Positions 1 to 14,034 of a stretch of 64,000 nt of DNA are shown piece by piece; positions within the stretch are counted from its first letter, which is position 1, and each line of letters opens with the position of its first letter. The notes under the pieces are model-generated. The model worked only from the letters and a program-made list of their open reading frames with translations, made no database searches and was not told the origin of the DNA. The DNA is from Chiloscyllium plagiosum (taxonomy: Eukaryota): assembly GCF_004010195.1 (NCBI RefSeq), contig NC_057720.1, positions 41,616,518-41,680,517 of the forward strand. Direction: 5' to 3'. Made by a program: the position numbers and the translations under genes.

Positions 1-740
1 CCGCAAGAAATGCAAAACTTGCGCCCACACCTCCCCCCTTACTTCCCTCCAAGGCCCCAAGGGATCCTTCCATATCTGCCACAAATTCACCTGCACCTCC
101 ACACACATCATTTACTGCATCCGCTGCACCCGATGTGGCCTCCTCTATATTGGGGAGTCAGGCCGCCTACTTGTGGAACGTTTCAGAGAACACCTCTGGG
201 ACACCCGGACCAACCAACCCAACCACCCCATCGCTCAACATTTCAACTCCCTCTCCCACTCCACCAAGGACATGCAGGTCCTTGGACTCCTCCATCGCCA
301 GACCATAGCAACACGACGGCTGGAGTAAGAGCGCCTCATCCTCCGCCTAGGAACCCTCCAACCACGAGGGATGAACTCAGATTTCTCCAGTTTCCTCATT
401 CCCCCTCCCCCCATCTTGTCTCAGTCCCAACCCTCGGACTCAGCACCACCTTCCTAACCTGCAATCTTCTTCCTGACCTCTCCGCCCCCACCCCCACTCC
501 GGCCTATCACCCTCACCTTAACCTCCTTCCACCTATCGCATTTCCAATGCCCCTCCCCCAAGTCCCTCCTCCCTACCTTTTATCTTAGCCTGCTTGGCAC
601 ATTCTCGTCATTCCTGAAGAAGGGCTCATGCCCGAAACGTCGATTCTCCTGTTCCTTGGATGCTGCCTGACCTGCTGCGTTTTCCAGCAACACATTTTCA
701 GCTCTGATCTCCAGCATCTGCAGTCCTCACTTTCTCCTCC
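1..740 (+). mobile_element. Penelope-like retroelement 3' fragment (GIY-YIG endonuclease remnant plus hammerhead-bearing tail)
   Basis: One frame reads CTSTHIIYCIRCTRCGLLYIGESGRLLVERFREH...HPIAQHFNS...LGTLQPRGMN (GIY-YIG-type, internal stop). CTGAAGA-AGGGC-TCAT-GCCC-GAAACGTC follows at 614-641. The same family recurs at about 33.4-35.9 kb. Confidence 0.85.
614..641 (+). ncRNA. minimal hammerhead ribozyme motif in Penelope tail
   Basis: CUGAAGA core, extra A, stem II GGGC/GCCC, GAAA, palindromic ACGU stem III, GUC cleavage triplet. Confidence 0.7.
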
Positions 741-1419
741 AAGGTCGTGAATAATCAATTTCAATTTGATACAAAGCCCAAGAAGAGATAACATCCTTGG
801 CAAGTGTGCAGGGATTATAACAAAAACTGAAGTAGATGTCTTTCTAATGTTTACCTAAAACAAAATTACAGATCAGTCAGGCTTGGATGTCAGACAAGGG
901 AGCAAGGAGCAGACAAACATGGATTCTTGGTGCACACTCATGAATGGTATGAGGCAGAAAGCACTATTACTGGACATTCTCTGGCTACAATAGTTAATAG
1001 TGAAGCAAAGCTGGAGTTTAGAGAAGCGATATTTGATCAGGATGGTGTCAATGGGCAAATCCAAAAGCTGCAATGATATTGAGAAAGGATGGTTGCCAGT
1101 CACTAGGATGTAATTTATCTATATGGCAATAGTAATACAATAGATAGAATGGAGGTTTAATTGAAGAAATTCAAACATTAAATGCCAAAAGCAATGGGCA
1201 TAGATCTAGAAGATGACAAATTTCAAGGAAAGGGAGACTAAAAATTTCAGAGAAACTCTGAATCACTCCCCTGCTCTTTGATTGCCTGTTGAAGTTTGTC
1301 ACCATCCTAAGATTACATGATGTGGCAATATGGCCGCACTGCCCTGAATGGAGGATTTGAAATTAACATATTTAACAAACAGACCTGGATTAAATGTGGT
1401 TATATGATTATGTCCTCTC

Positions 1420-3371
1420 ACTTTGTTCCTCTGAGACAGGCAAGAAGGGGTAAGATAAAGGAACCTTGGATGATGAGAGCGGAAGAGCTTCTTGTCAAAA
1501 GAAAGAAGGCAGCTTACTTAAGGTGGAGGAAGCAAGCGCCTTGCTCAGCTCTAGAGGATTACAGGCAGGCGAGGAAGGAGCTCAAAAATGGTCTGAGGAG
1601 AGCCAGGAAGGGGAACGAAAAAGGCTTGGCAGGAAGGATTAGGGAAAATCCAAAGGCATTTTACACGTATGTGAGGAATAAGAGAATGATCAAAGAAAGA
1701 GTAGGGCCGATCAGGGATAGCATAGGGAACTTGTGTATAGAGTCTGAAGGGGTAGGGGAAGCCCTAGATGAATTTTTGCTTCTGTCTTTATTAAAGAAAA
1801 GGACCTTGTAGTGAATGAAACCATCGAAGAGCAGGTAAGCATGCTGGAACAGATAGAGATTGAGGAAGCTGATGTGTTGAAAATTTTGACAAACATGAAG
1901 ATTGACAAGTCGCCAGGGCCAGACCAGATTTGTCCTCGGCTGCTTTGGGAAACGAGAATTGTGATTGCTTCACCACTTGCGAAGACCTTTGCATCCTCGC
2001 TCTCCACTGAAGTCGTACCTGAGGACTGGAGGGAGGCAAATGTAATTCCTCTCAAGGAAGTAAATAGGGAAATCCCTGGCAATTACAGACCAGTCAGTCT
2101 CACGTCTGTTGTCTGCAAGGCGTTAGAAAGGATTCTGAGGGATAGGATTTATGACCATCTAGAAGAGCATGGCTTGATTAAAGGCAGTCAGCACGGCTTT
2201 ATGAGGTGCAGGTCATGCCTCACAAATCTTATTGAGTTCTTTGAGGATGTTACTAGACAAGTTGATGAGGGTCGAGCAGTGGTTGTGGTGTATATGGGCT
2301 TCAGCAAGGCATTTGATAAGGTTCCCCATGGTAGGCTCGTTCAGAAGGACAGGCGGAATGGGATACAGAGAAATTTAGCTGTCTGGATACAGAATTGGCT
2401 GGTCGACAGAAGACAGCGAGTGGTTGTGGAAGGAAAATATTCTGCCTGGAAGTCAGTGGTGAGTGGTGTTCCACAGGGCTCTGTTCTTGGGCCTCTACTC
2501 TTTGTAATTTTTATTAACGACTTTGATGAGGAGATTGAAGGATGGGTTAGCAAGTTTGCAGACGACACAAAGGTTGGAGGTGTCGTTGACAGTATAGAGG
2601 ACTGTTGTAGGCTGCAGCGTGACATTGACAGGATGGACTGAGAGGTGGCAGATGGAGTTCAACCTGGATAAATGCGAAGTGATGCATTTTGGAAGGAGAG
2701 GGATCTTGGTGTGCAGGTACATAGATCCCTTAAAATTGCCACCCAGGTGGACAGGGTTGTTGGCTTTCATTAACAGGGGGATTGAGTTTAAGAGCCGTGA
2801 GATCTTGTTGCAGTTCTATAAAACTTTGGTTAGACTGCACTTGGAATACTGTGTCCAGTTCTGGTCACCCTATTATAGGAAAAATGTGGATGCTATGGAG
2901 AGGGTTCAGAGGAGCTTTACCAGGATGCTGCCTGGAATGGAGGGCTTATTTTACGAAGAGAGGTTGACTGAGCTCGGACTTTTTTCATTGGAAAAAAGAA
3001 GGAAGAGAGGGGACCCAATTGAGGTGTACAAGATTATGAAAGGCACAGAGAGAGTTGATAGCCAGAAGCTTTTTCCCAGGGCAGAAATTGTTAACACGAG
3101 GGGTCATAGTTTTAAGCTGTTTGGTGGTAAGTATAAAGGGGATGTCAGAGGCGGGTTCTTTACGCAGAGAGTTGTGAGAGCATGGAATGTATTGCCAGCA
3201 GCAATTGTGGAAGCGAGATCATTAGGGATATTTAAGAGACTGCTGGACATGCATATGCTCACAGAAATTTGAGAGTTCGTACATTAGGTTTACCTCACAT
3301 GAGGATCAATGGTTGGCACAACATCATGGGCTGAAGGACCTGTTCTGTGCTGTACTGTTCTATGTTCTATC
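1420..3371 (+). mobile_element. 5'-truncated CR1 LINE (ORF2 reverse transcriptase, frameshifted)
   Basis: ORFs 1811-2641 and 2619-3272 contain KSPGPD, NYRPVSLTS, FSKAFDKVPH, SGVPQGSVLGP, FADDTK and LEYCVQFWSP; ends in a (TTCTATG)n-like tail. Confidence 0.95.
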
Positions 3372-5709
3372 TACCTGAGCAATATAATCCACCTCATCTG
3401 AAATGACCAATTAACCAATGTCAGCATCCATTATTGTCAAGATGGGAAGGTCTCCAACTTTCCCTGGCCAGTAGAACATCCCCTGCATCATTTACATAGA
3501 TGAATGCTCTGGAATATGTGCAGAATTTCCCATATTTTGCCAATCACATCTCCCAAGGGACAACCATTAATGAAGGCCAGCACTGTCAATTGTGCCAGCA
3601 CTACCTTACTCAAGCTGCAATGGATGTCAACAAAGGACTTGGTCTATAGGCTATTGCATTGACCACCCACCTTTACTGCAGTAAAACTTTATTGGTTACC
3701 AGTGTCACATCAGCACCCTTGAAATCTTCCACCAATGATACCTATATCAAATCCTGTACATTAGATAGAAAACTACCAGATCAAATTCAGCATCCTCCAT
3801 GAAGGTGTACATACTGATATTGAAGTCTTGCTCCTGAAGAACCAACTCCAATTGATGGTCATTGCGTTTGGATACCCAAAATCCACCTCCCTTAGTTCCC
3901 TTCTCCCACTTGTCACTGGCAACACCAAAGGGTGGCTGAAAGTAGATGCAATAATACCCTTAAGGTTATCCTAAAACACAGAGGCATTAACATCACCAAC
4001 TGGAGGAGAAAGCTGTCAGCTATTCAGCATGGCACCTCTTGATCTCTCACAGCAGAAACCAATTCAAATTTCAGTGAATTGACCATGAGGTGGAATGGTG
4101 GAAGCAGAGGATGAAGGAATCCATTTCATTCACTCAATGTACCTCTTTTGCAGAAAAAAAAGTGGATCCATAATGGGGCTCCTCAAGTCATCTGAAGACT
4201 CAGCCAGCTTGTGAGACATCATTCTCGATTCTGAATGACTACTACTAACATTAACAGTTAAGTGTGAAACCATGTTAGACATTAGACAAGAGGCACTGGA
4301 ACATCATGATGTCAAAAGCTGAAGTTTGAGACACAACAGTCGTTGTTCACTAGAATGTAATTTGGACGGATTAAGGTAATATTAATAACATATTACTACT
4401 TCATGAAAAATGGAAACTTTGTTGCAGAAACTCAAATATGCAATAGCATAAACAAAGGGCCCAGACTTGGAAACTGACAAAACTCCAAGGAATGAGAAAC
4501 TGGAAATTGTGCAGTAGTTTATAATGGTGGGAGTTCTAAGATAGGATAGTAAATTTTAAAGGAGGGAGACAATACGAGAAGGTGACAATTTACAATATTT
4601 TCCATCATAAGATCCAGAAAGTTACATTCGTGATTAGCAGCTTTATGCAATACAGTCATACTAGGTGGTATTGAGTCTCCTAGAGCAAAGTAGGATATAA
4701 TCTAGAGAGAAAGGTGCTTAGCCAGGACCAGAGTGAAGATTGAGAAACCTTGAAGTAATGTGGCTTTGTTAGCCTAAAGGCACAGAGTATCAGCAGATAC
4801 GAGGTGAAGGTTGGCCTGAAGCAGCGTTGAGAAAATTGGAAAATTGACTACAAACAACAATATCCAGTTCCCCAGAACATGTTAAATGCACAGATGCAGA
4901 TCAGGTGTTAGAATAGCAGTTCAACAGAGAATGTTGTGTTGATAGAAGGTGGCAACTATCATGAAGATCTAATGAAAGGTCATTGACTCTGTTCGTAACA
5001 GTATTAAATCTGTTTCTCTGTCTACTGATGCTGCAGGATGTATTACTTTTTTTTTAGTAATGTGTGATTTAATGGTAATTAAAACCTAGAAGAAAAAAGT
5101 CTTTCCAAAACAAACACAGCAGCAAAGCTAAAAAGACAGCCACATTCTGAATTTCAGTCTGATGCTTAGCACATACAAGGTGGAGGGGATAAGTTGTAGA
5201 TTATGAAAGGCTTCCTTAAAAATTGAGACAACTGTAAAGTTTGGTGTAGTATCTGATGCAAAATTGCAGCACTTTGTTATTTTATGTATCAATCATCTAA
5301 AATTGATTAAGGAACTCAAATACAAGTGGAATTATTTTGGAAATTTTAATAAATGATTTAAACTGCATTAGTCACAAGGTTAGGTTTCCTTTTTTTTGTT
5401 TTGAATGGGTACTTCCATTATTACTAAATCTTCGACCTTATTTATCACAACACTCTTGATATTGTAACAAGATGAAAATGAAGACTCATGATGCATTATT
5501 TACACAAATGCAGACAATGAAAGAAAGGGGAGGCCACATACATACACCAGATTTCTAATAGCATAGATTATGGTCACTAAAAATTCCACTACTTCAACCT
5601 AATTCATGTTATTCTAATAACATACATCAAATTTACTGTAAAAACAAATTATGTCACAGCAGATTCATTTCATATACTCTTGTACCACATTCAACAGTTT
5701 TTCTATTTT

Positions 5710-6280
5710 GCAAATGGGATGCGAGCATCACTGGCTGGGCTAGCATTTAATAATTATCGCTAATTGCTCTGGACAAAGTGGTTGTGAACTGCCTTCATCA
5801 AAGTGTAGAGACATCCATGGTGCTATTAGGGAGTCCCAGACATAATACCATTAAATATCAAGTGGCAATGGTTAGATTCTCATTTATCGGAGTTGGTCAT
5901 TGTCTGGCACTCATGTGCCGTGAATTTTATTGACTGCAGCTCAAGCCAGGATATTGTCCAGATTTTAGACACACATTACATCAGTATTGAGCCATCACAA
6001 ATAGTGTGAGCAGTGCACAATCATCAGCTTATATCCCCACTATGATCATGGGACAGTTATTGATAAAGCAACTGGGGAAATTGTGTCTTAGGAATTCCTG
6101 CAGTGATGCACTTAGACATAGGTGATAGGCCTCCAACAACCACCATCATCTTTCTTTGGCTAGGAATGACTGCACTCTGCAGGGAGTTTCCCTCCTGACT
6201 TTCACGGACTCCAGTTTTGCAATTTGCTGCCACTGTTGCCTTAATGTCAAAAGGCAGTCACTCACACCTCAATTGTTCTG
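5710..6280 (-). mobile_element. old LINE fragment (L2/CR1-clade 3' region)
   Basis: Similar to repeats at about 21.9, 42.4, 50.2 and 60.3 kb (TGGGATGTG...CTGGCTGGCCAGCATTT...); highly degenerate. Confidence 0.5.
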
Positions 6281-7925
6281 TTATTGCATATTTATTATTA
6301 GAGTTTGAGTACAAACTTAAATCTACAAAGAATCTTCACAACTTCAAAGCACTTCATTGCCAACGTAGTTACAGACAGACACAAAATCCTACCACAAGGA
6401 TATTAGAAGGGGTTGGATAGGAACTGCCAAGAAAACTATTTCCCTGAGTTTGTGTACGCTTTTACAAGTTTATTTTCTGTCTCCCTTGGCCGCCATTAGC
6501 ATCACGATATTTAATTCTAATAGGACTGCATGGGACTGGTTTTGTAGGCCAGCTGAGTTCTTTCCACTTCTTTTCTTCTATCAATCTGAAGAATGTCATG
6601 TAGTTAACTCTCATTATAGAGATCTGAACACAATCTAGATACTCCAGTAAACTGCTCAGGGAGCATTATCTTGTCACAGATGCTGTCTTTCAGATGAAAC
6701 ATTATACACAGGATCCTTCTCTTGCCTAAGGAAAATATGAAAGTTCCCATTACACTATTTTGAAGAGAAAAGGCTGCTCAGCCAATACCATTGCAAACAT
6801 TTGATAATTGTATTATTGATGATTGTGGGAGCTCACCGTGTGTAAATTAGTTTCCATTTTCTGGCCACTGAAACAGGTCCTAGGACTTTAAAGTATTTAA
6901 ATTACCGTAAAGTGCATCAGTTTACCCAATGATCATGCTCTGTAAAAATGTTTTTTTTCTCAAATCTTTGTATACTGATTTATTAAGATGGAGAATGTTA
7001 CTGCCATTCTTCAGGCTAGGGCAGACTATTAGAGGGAGGCAATGCACTTCCACTGTTTAAAAAGACTTTGATAAAACTCTGGAAAACTGTAGATATTTTC
7101 TTGAGTAGGAAAAACATTCCCCTGCAAATGGAGACAAAATAAGACAATAAAAAGGAACAAAACAGTTTCAAATTTTAAATGATCACTTATTTGCTGACTT
7201 TACTCATTGTTCAATATATAAAGGTGGCCATTAGGACAGGTTTGATATTCATACATCGACAAAAAGTTTTGATTTGTCAGTTAACTAAATCACAAATTTT
7301 CTTCTGATATCCCAAGAGAGAAATAAGAGGTTTTCTTTGTTTTCTCAATCTGCATTTTTCCAATGAGAAACAACTGTATTGTGACTGGTCAACTAGTCCT
7401 CACAATTGTTAATGTGCTTTAGTACACAGTACATTAATGGCATCAATATTTTGCACAGTGTTTGTTCTTTGTTTTCAAAACTGTCTGAACTTTGACATTT
7501 AACATTTGTAGACATGAGAATAGAATATACCGTGTCTCAAGTGAGCCTTTGTATAACCATTACTTTTAATAATCAGGTATACTAAATATACTAAAGAAAC
7601 AATGAACTTGCTTAAGATTTCATAACCAAAACATCACCTAAAATCACTAATAAAAACTGTAAAGTTACTTTAGAAATCACTCAATAACATTTTCTTCCTA
7701 TTCACAAGACAATAGCAGAAATATTAATCTTCTGCCCAAACCCAAAAGCTGTAGAACTGCTTTATGATGCAATTCATATGTCAAATGGAATTGTTGCAAA
7801 TAGCATCTCAAAATCATAACAAAAAAGTACAAAAACTTGTCAACATGAAACAAAGATATTTGAATTATATCTACAAACAGGTGTTGAGATGCAATGGAAA
7901 TGTGTAATTGTGGTTAGATAGAACT

Positions 7926-7968
7926 TCACTCATTTCCTCTTCGACTCTTCTTGTGACTCTTCTTTGAT
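7926..7968 (-). CDS. PRPF38A: pre-mRNA splicing factor 38A, coding exon 10 (last; ...SKKSHKKSRRGNE*)
   Basis: TTTAG acceptor, TGA stop; the ten exons sum to 939 nt = 312 aa plus stop. Confidence 0.95.
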
Positions 7969-8057
7969 CTAAATATACAGTATGAAAGTTATTAGAAACA
8001 ATGCAATCAATCATTCTATAGGAATTAATAAGAAAAAATGCCTGAAACTAATAATAC

Positions 8058-8106
8058 CTTTCAGGTGATTTAGAATGACTTCTGTGTCTGTGGCTTCTGT
8101 GATGAC
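8058..8106 (-). CDS. PRPF38A: PRPF38A exon 9 (GHHRSHRHRSHSKSPER)
   Basis: AG/GT flanks, phase-compatible, RS-rich tail. Confidence 0.95.
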
Positions 8107-8320
8107 CTATTTGAAAAATGTAATAAGTATGAGTCATTTAAACATACATTAAATGGCAAACAGCCTCTCTTCTGCTCCTAGCACCGAAACACATTCTTCT
8201 CCTTGAAAAATGGAAACTAACCTACAATATTAAGATATATCCCCAAGGTCACTTCAGAGTGCAGTTAAGAATCAACCTCGTTGGTGTCGAACTGGAGTAA
8301 CATAGAGGCCACACTAAATA

Positions 8321-9423
8321 AAGTCAAAAGTCACACAACACCAGGTTATAGTCCAACAAGTTTATTTGAAATCACAAGCTTTCAGAGTGCTACTCCTTCA
8401 TGAGGTGAAGTGAAGCAAAGCACACAGGCACAGAACTTATAAGCAGAGAGATCAAAAGGTCATACAAGTGGTGTGAGCGTAGTGTCGACAGGCTGAATAA
8501 TAAGTCTCTGTAGGTGATCAAAAGTGTCAGACAGTGTGAGTAAAGTGTCAACAGCTGAATAGCAAGTGAAAGGATGATCGAAAATCCAACCAATTGAGGC
8601 AGAGATATAATTATAAAAAATTAAAAATAAGGTGGTGTTGGAGACAAACCAAGTAAGTGGAATAACATGATAGGTGTAAGAGTTGCATGCTGAAGGTCTA
8701 AACAAAACAACAAGCAATCCAAACTGTACAAACTAAATTAAGGTAGAGAGATCATAATAAGTTATCAAGGTGATAGTGTCAAAAAATGACAGTAAGGAAG
8801 AATTTACAGATACAGAATAGTATGTCAGGGTTACAAACCCATGAAGATGGCCTCAACTGTGAGCTTGTAGTCATGTTGCGTTATATGTAACCCTGCCATA
8901 CTGTTCTGTATCTGTAAAATCTTCCTTACTGTCGTGTTTTGACACTATCACCTTGATAATTTGTTATGGTCTCCCTACCTTAATTAGTTTGCAGTTTTAG
9001 ATTACTGGTTACTTTGGTTAGACCCTCAGAATACAACTCATACATCTATCATGTTATTCTAGCCATTTGAATTGTCTGCAGTACCTTAGTTTAATTTTTT
9101 TGTAATTATTTCTCTGCCTCAATTAATCGATCATCCTTTCACTTGCTGTTCAGCTGTTGACACTTTACTCATAGTATCTGACACTTTTGATAACCTGCAG
9201 AGACTTATTATTCAGCCTGTCGAGACTCCACTCACACCACTTCTATGGTCTTTTGATTTCTCTCCTTGTAAATTCTGTGCTTGTGTGCTTCTCTTCACTT
9301 CACATGACAAAGGAGCAGCACTCCAAAAGTCTGTAAATTCAAATAAACCTTTTGAACAATAACCTGGTGTTGTGTGACTTCTGACCTTGTCCACCCTAGT
9401 CCAACACCAGCACCTGCACACCA
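8321..9423. mobile_element. Penelope-derived fold-back insertion (two diverged inverted arms of about 500 bp)
   Basis: About 8321-8835 is the diverged reverse complement of about 8886-9390; both arms carry the degenerate hammerhead plus the GGACTATAACCTGGTGTTGTGTGA-type tail. Confidence 0.75.
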
Positions 9424-9569
9424 GATGAAGGTAGCCAATGCCTTACCAGAAAGGAAATTACTGTACTATTCTTATAATCAACCATTGCTAGCTTTGAAGT
9501 CATTTCTTTCTCCACTAGTTTACACATTCAGACCAGTAAGTGTCACACCATCGACAGTGAAGCAATGAC

Positions 9570-10720
9570 AGAAAATTCTGAAGCAGAGAATTAATCTTTA
9601 CTTAGAGAGGTAGGATTTAATCAAGAATAGTCAGAAAGGCTTTGTCAGAGGGAGGTCACGCCAAAAACTTTGGTTGAGTTTTTCATAATCAGACGTGTAC
9701 ATGAGAAGGTATGGAATCCGGGTTAACTTGGCAAGTTGGATCCAAAATTGGTTTGGTAGTAGAAAACAGGGTGGTGTTAGAAGGCTATTTGTGTACTGGA
9801 GTCCGGTGTGTAGCAGTATACTACAGGGATCAGTTGTGGGACCCTTATTGCTTGTGATATATACAAACAACATTGAAGAAAATGTGGAGAATGATAACTT
9901 GGTTTGAGGATGATATGAAGATTGACTGAGTGGTTGACAGTAAGGAAGAAGGTCTTAGATTACAGAAGGATATACACGGGTTGATCAGATGGGCAGATCA
10001 GTGGCAGATGAAATTTAACTCTGAAAAGTGTGAGGGTGGTGCACTAATGAAGAAGTAACAAAACAACGGTGTACTCAACGAATGGCAGGGGACTAGGAAG
10101 CTTAGAAGAAGACAGTGATCTCTGGATGCTTGTTCACAAATCCTTTAAGGGGTCAGGACAGGTTAATGGATGGTCAGGAACACTTATGGACTATTTTCCT
10201 TTATCAGTATGGCATAGATTAAAGGTTACAACATGTAAGGTGTGATTGCACTAGAGGAGGTACAGAAAAGATTCATCAGCATGATGCCTGGGGTGGAGCA
10301 GTTTAGCTATGAAGAGAGATTGGATAAGCTCAGGTTGTTTTCTTCAAAGCCGAAAAGGGACCTCTTTGACGTTTATAATATTACGAAGAAGATGGATAGG
10401 GTGGATAGAAAGCAGCTGTGTGTCTTAGTTGAAAGGTCAATAACAAGGGGGCATAATTTTAAGGTGAAAGGCAGGAGGTTTAGAGAGGGTTCGAGGAAAA
10501 ATAGTTTCACCCAGAGGGTGGTAGGAATCTGGAACACACTGACTGGGAGGGTAGTTGAGATGGGAAACTTCATAATCTTAAAAAGGATGAACACTTGAAA
10601 TGTCGTAACATTCAAGACTATGGTGCAAGAGCTGAAAAGTGGGACTAGCATAGATTGAGTAGTTTTGTCAATGCAGACTTAATTGGCCAAAGGGCCTCTA
10701 CTATACTGTATAATGCTATA
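9570..10720 (+). mobile_element. degenerate CR1 LINE 3' fragment
   Basis: Remnants of WIQNW, QGSVVGP, TRGHNFK and FTQRVVGIWN. Confidence 0.85.
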
Positions 10721-10758
10721 ATTTAAAACTGCCAAGGTGGGATATGAACTCATGTTCT

Positions 10759-11692
10759 GGATGTACGTTTGCTCACTGAGCTGGAAGGTTCATTTCCAGA
10801 CGTTTCGTCACCCTTCTAGGTAACATCTTCAGAGGGCCTCCAGGCGAAGCACTACTGATGAATCCTGCTTTCTATTTATATGTTTGGGTTGGTGATGTCA
10901 TTTCTTGTTCTTTTTCTCAGGGGTAGTAGATGGGGTCTAACTCGATGTGTCTGTTGATAGAGTTCTGGTTGGAATGCCATGCTTCTAGGAATTCTCGAAC
11001 GTGTCTCTGTTTGGCTTGTCCTAGGTTGATGTATTGTCCCAGTTGAAGTGGTGTCCTTCTTTATCTGTATGTTGGGATACTAGTGAGAGAGGGTCATATC
11101 ATTTCGTGGCTAGTTGATGTTCATGTATCCTGGTGGCTAGTTTTCTTGCATGGTATTTTGTAATTGAACAGCAGCTAATGAACTTGAAAGACCCTATACA
11201 GACAACAAGCAAAACTAATGTAAGTGTAACAAACACAACATTGGACAAACAGACAGAAAACTAGCCACCAGGATACATAAGCATCAACTAGCCACGAAAC
11301 GACATGACCCTCTCTCACTAGTATTCTTGCATACAGAAAAGGAAGGGCACCACTTTGACTGGGACAACACATCCATCCTAGGACAAGCCAAACAGAGACA
11401 CACACAAGAATTCCTAGAAGCATGGCATTCCCGCAGAACTCTATGAACAAACACATCGAGTTAAACTCCATTCACACCCCCTCCAAGAAAAAGAACAGGA
11501 AATGACATCGCCAACCCAAATAAATCCAACATATAAATAGAAAGCAGGAATCATCAGCAGTGCTTCGCCCGGAAGCCCACTGAAGACGTTACCTAGTAGG
11601 GTGACGAAACATCTGGAATGAACCTTCTAGCTCAGTGAGCAAACCTACATCCAGAACCTCAACCTGAGCTACAAATCTTCTCAAATCTCGCT
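10759..11692 (+). mobile_element. Penelope element with inverted 5' arm, GIY-YIG remnant and 12-bp TSD
   Basis: The + arm encodes IGQTDRKLATRIHKHQ...HHFDWDNTSIL...EAWHS. 10754-11150 is inverted relative to about 11255-11657. AACTCATGTTCT occurs at 10747-10758 and 11693-11704. Confidence 0.88.
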
Positions 11693-12491
11693 AACTCATG
11701 TTCTATTATTGCTGGCCTGTAACATAAGTACCACACACTTACACAAGCTGTGATTCTTTAATCTCAAGCACAAATAATTTGGAGGTATTTAATTTGTATG
11801 GTCAATACAGACACATAAAGCATCTGAGACACTAAACAGATAGTATATATGGTAACATTAAATTGCTCTTTCATAGTTAACTAATTTCTCTTAAAGATTA
11901 TTTGAGTTTAGCAAATAAAATTTTTAGAATTATGTCACATCAAGTCACACAGTGGCTTTGTATCTCATCAGTGAATCTTGAATGTCAATTTTGTTTCTTG
12001 GACTCAGAAAGGTTTGTAATTCCAGTTTGAATTTCTTTGATGTGACAATTTTCCACATATTTCTTTCCCTCTTTGACCGTTCAAGCATTCAGTACGTATT
12101 GGGAAATTTTCCTCTTCAGATTGCCCCACTTTACCTTTTTTTCTCAATGATTTAAACTCCCTCTTACAATATTGGTCAACCTTTCTTTTAAATCTTTTTA
12201 GTTATAAGCTGTCCTGATCAAATTTTGGATTTCATTAGCAAAGAACTCCAAAGACAACATGTTTACATTTTCTTTAAATTCCAATATAAGATGTAAGCCA
12301 ATCACAAAGTTTGTCTTTAAAAGGTTGTCCAACATCAATCAGCACAAATTAGAAAGGACAGCACAGGAAATCAATTCCTTTTACAGGCTTCATTGCAGAT
12401 ATCAGCCATCAAATGTACAGACTGCATATAAGCATCCAATCTTGAAAGTATAAAAAGCAAGTTGTCAAACTGAAGTTTAAATATAAAGTAC

Positions 12492-12589
12492 CAGGCGATT
12501 TGGATCGTGATCTGTGACGTCGATCTCTAGACCGACTACGATGACGTCTAGGACTTTTGCTGCGATGTCTTTCACGACGTGGCGATGGG
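12492..12589 (-). CDS. PRPF38A: PRPF38A exon 8 (RS-rich)
   Basis: SPSPRRERHRSKSPRRHRSRSRDRRHRSRSKSP; AAG acceptor, GT donor. Confidence 0.95.
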
Positions 12590-12675
12590 CTTCAGTAAAA
12601 CAAAGATGCAAAATGAAAATTAAAACAATGGATACTCAGTTGCTGAAAATACCTAGAAATGAGAAATCACCATAC

Positions 12676-12702
12676 CTTCTTCGCTTAGGGGATCTGCTTC
12701 GT
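12676..12702 (-). CDS. PRPF38A: PRPF38A exon 7 (27-nt microexon)
   Basis: TTTTACAG|ACGAAGCAGATCCCCTAAGCGAAGAAG|GTATGG; keeps frame. Confidence 0.93.
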
Positions 12703-13138
12703 CTGTAAAATATGAAAGAAAGAAAGAAGTTATGACTTTTTAACATTTCCTTTGATTAAAAAAGTACTTTGTACTTTAAGTGTAATTTTAGTTAAAGTTG
12801 GTCTCTTTTCTCAAAGTTATGATTAATTGCTGCAGCTGCACACATTAACACACTGCTGTTAAACTCTAAAAAACAATGAAACCTAACTTAAAAGGAGAGA
12901 TTTATCACAATAGCCAGTTGTGAAATGAATTATTGTCATTAATTCTTCCACTTGTGGAAAACAAGGACTAAAGAAATTTAAAATGCTGCATATCAGACAT
13001 AAAAACATAACATGCTGAAAATACAACCGATATGCTAATCTATCTGTTTTCTTTTCATATGCTGATTATTGGTTGTGAATTTCCACATTGTATTTTATTT
13101 CAAACATTGGAAATTTAAAACTTCAGCTGTTTTCTTAC

Positions 13139-13251
13139 CGTCTTGGTGTTTTGCTTCGACTTCTTCGATATCGTGGAGATGGTGATCTTCGAGGCCGATC
13201 AAGATCACGGTAGCCGCGTCGTGGAGGCTCTGGTGATGGAACTCTGTCACC
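13139..13251 (-). CDS. PRPF38A: PRPF38A exon 6
   Basis: GDRVPSPEPPRRGYRDLDRPRRSPSPRYRRSRSKTPR; AAG acceptor, GTAAG donor. Confidence 0.95.
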
Positions 13252-14034
13252 CTTGAGGTTATTGTACAGAATGTACAGAAAATTAAGAGCAGAAATTGAC
13301 AGTTACACAATAGACTTTTCTGTTCATCCTGAGTACTTAGTTACAGAGTTCATCTAACACAAAATTAACTCTGTCTCTGCACCCAGAAGAATTACATTGT
13401 TATACAAATAATGCAAAAAAATGTGATTCTAAAACTGAAGCTGCCTAGGTCTACCTAAGTTGTATATACGATCAAGTAGAAACTCAAGAAATATTTAAAT
13501 TTGGTGATATATGTGATAAGATATGGATGGAGAAAGAAGGCATGAAAAAAGCTGTTCAAAATACTTATAAATATAAAAAGGAAAGTACCGCCTCAAATAT
13601 ATCGAATACTAAAAAAAGTTTTACCTCAAAATAAAACATATCAGCATTTATTTCAATAAAACAGCACTGAAACCTTAAATTATGGAAGTTTCATGATAGT
13701 TTTGAACATTAAAAATACTTAAATACATCAGTCCTATCTTTAATAAAATCTGGATCGACAGAAATACATGCAGTTTATTAAGAACAGATGTGTGGTGTTT
13801 AGGGTTATTAATGTGACTGGTCATTTTGATAGGTATACATCTTTAATTAGTACCAACACATACTGGAAGACTGAAGTTTGCCTTATTTGGACCAATTCAT
13901 CCTGAAAGATGTTTAAAATGTGCACGATAGGACAATAAATTTATTCCTCTTAGAAAGAAGGTTGAAGACATTTTTAAAAAACAATAAATAAAATTATATT
14001 AAATTAAATATAAAACCATTTGGTGTATATAAAC

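Noticed and set aside
10-588. 192-aa proline-rich ORF
   Set aside because: Off-frame reading of a Penelope fragment; the same peptide recurs at 33.5 and 35.6 kb.
3372-4250. Possible ancient RTE-type LINE remnant
   Set aside because: Too degenerate to support or delimit by eye.
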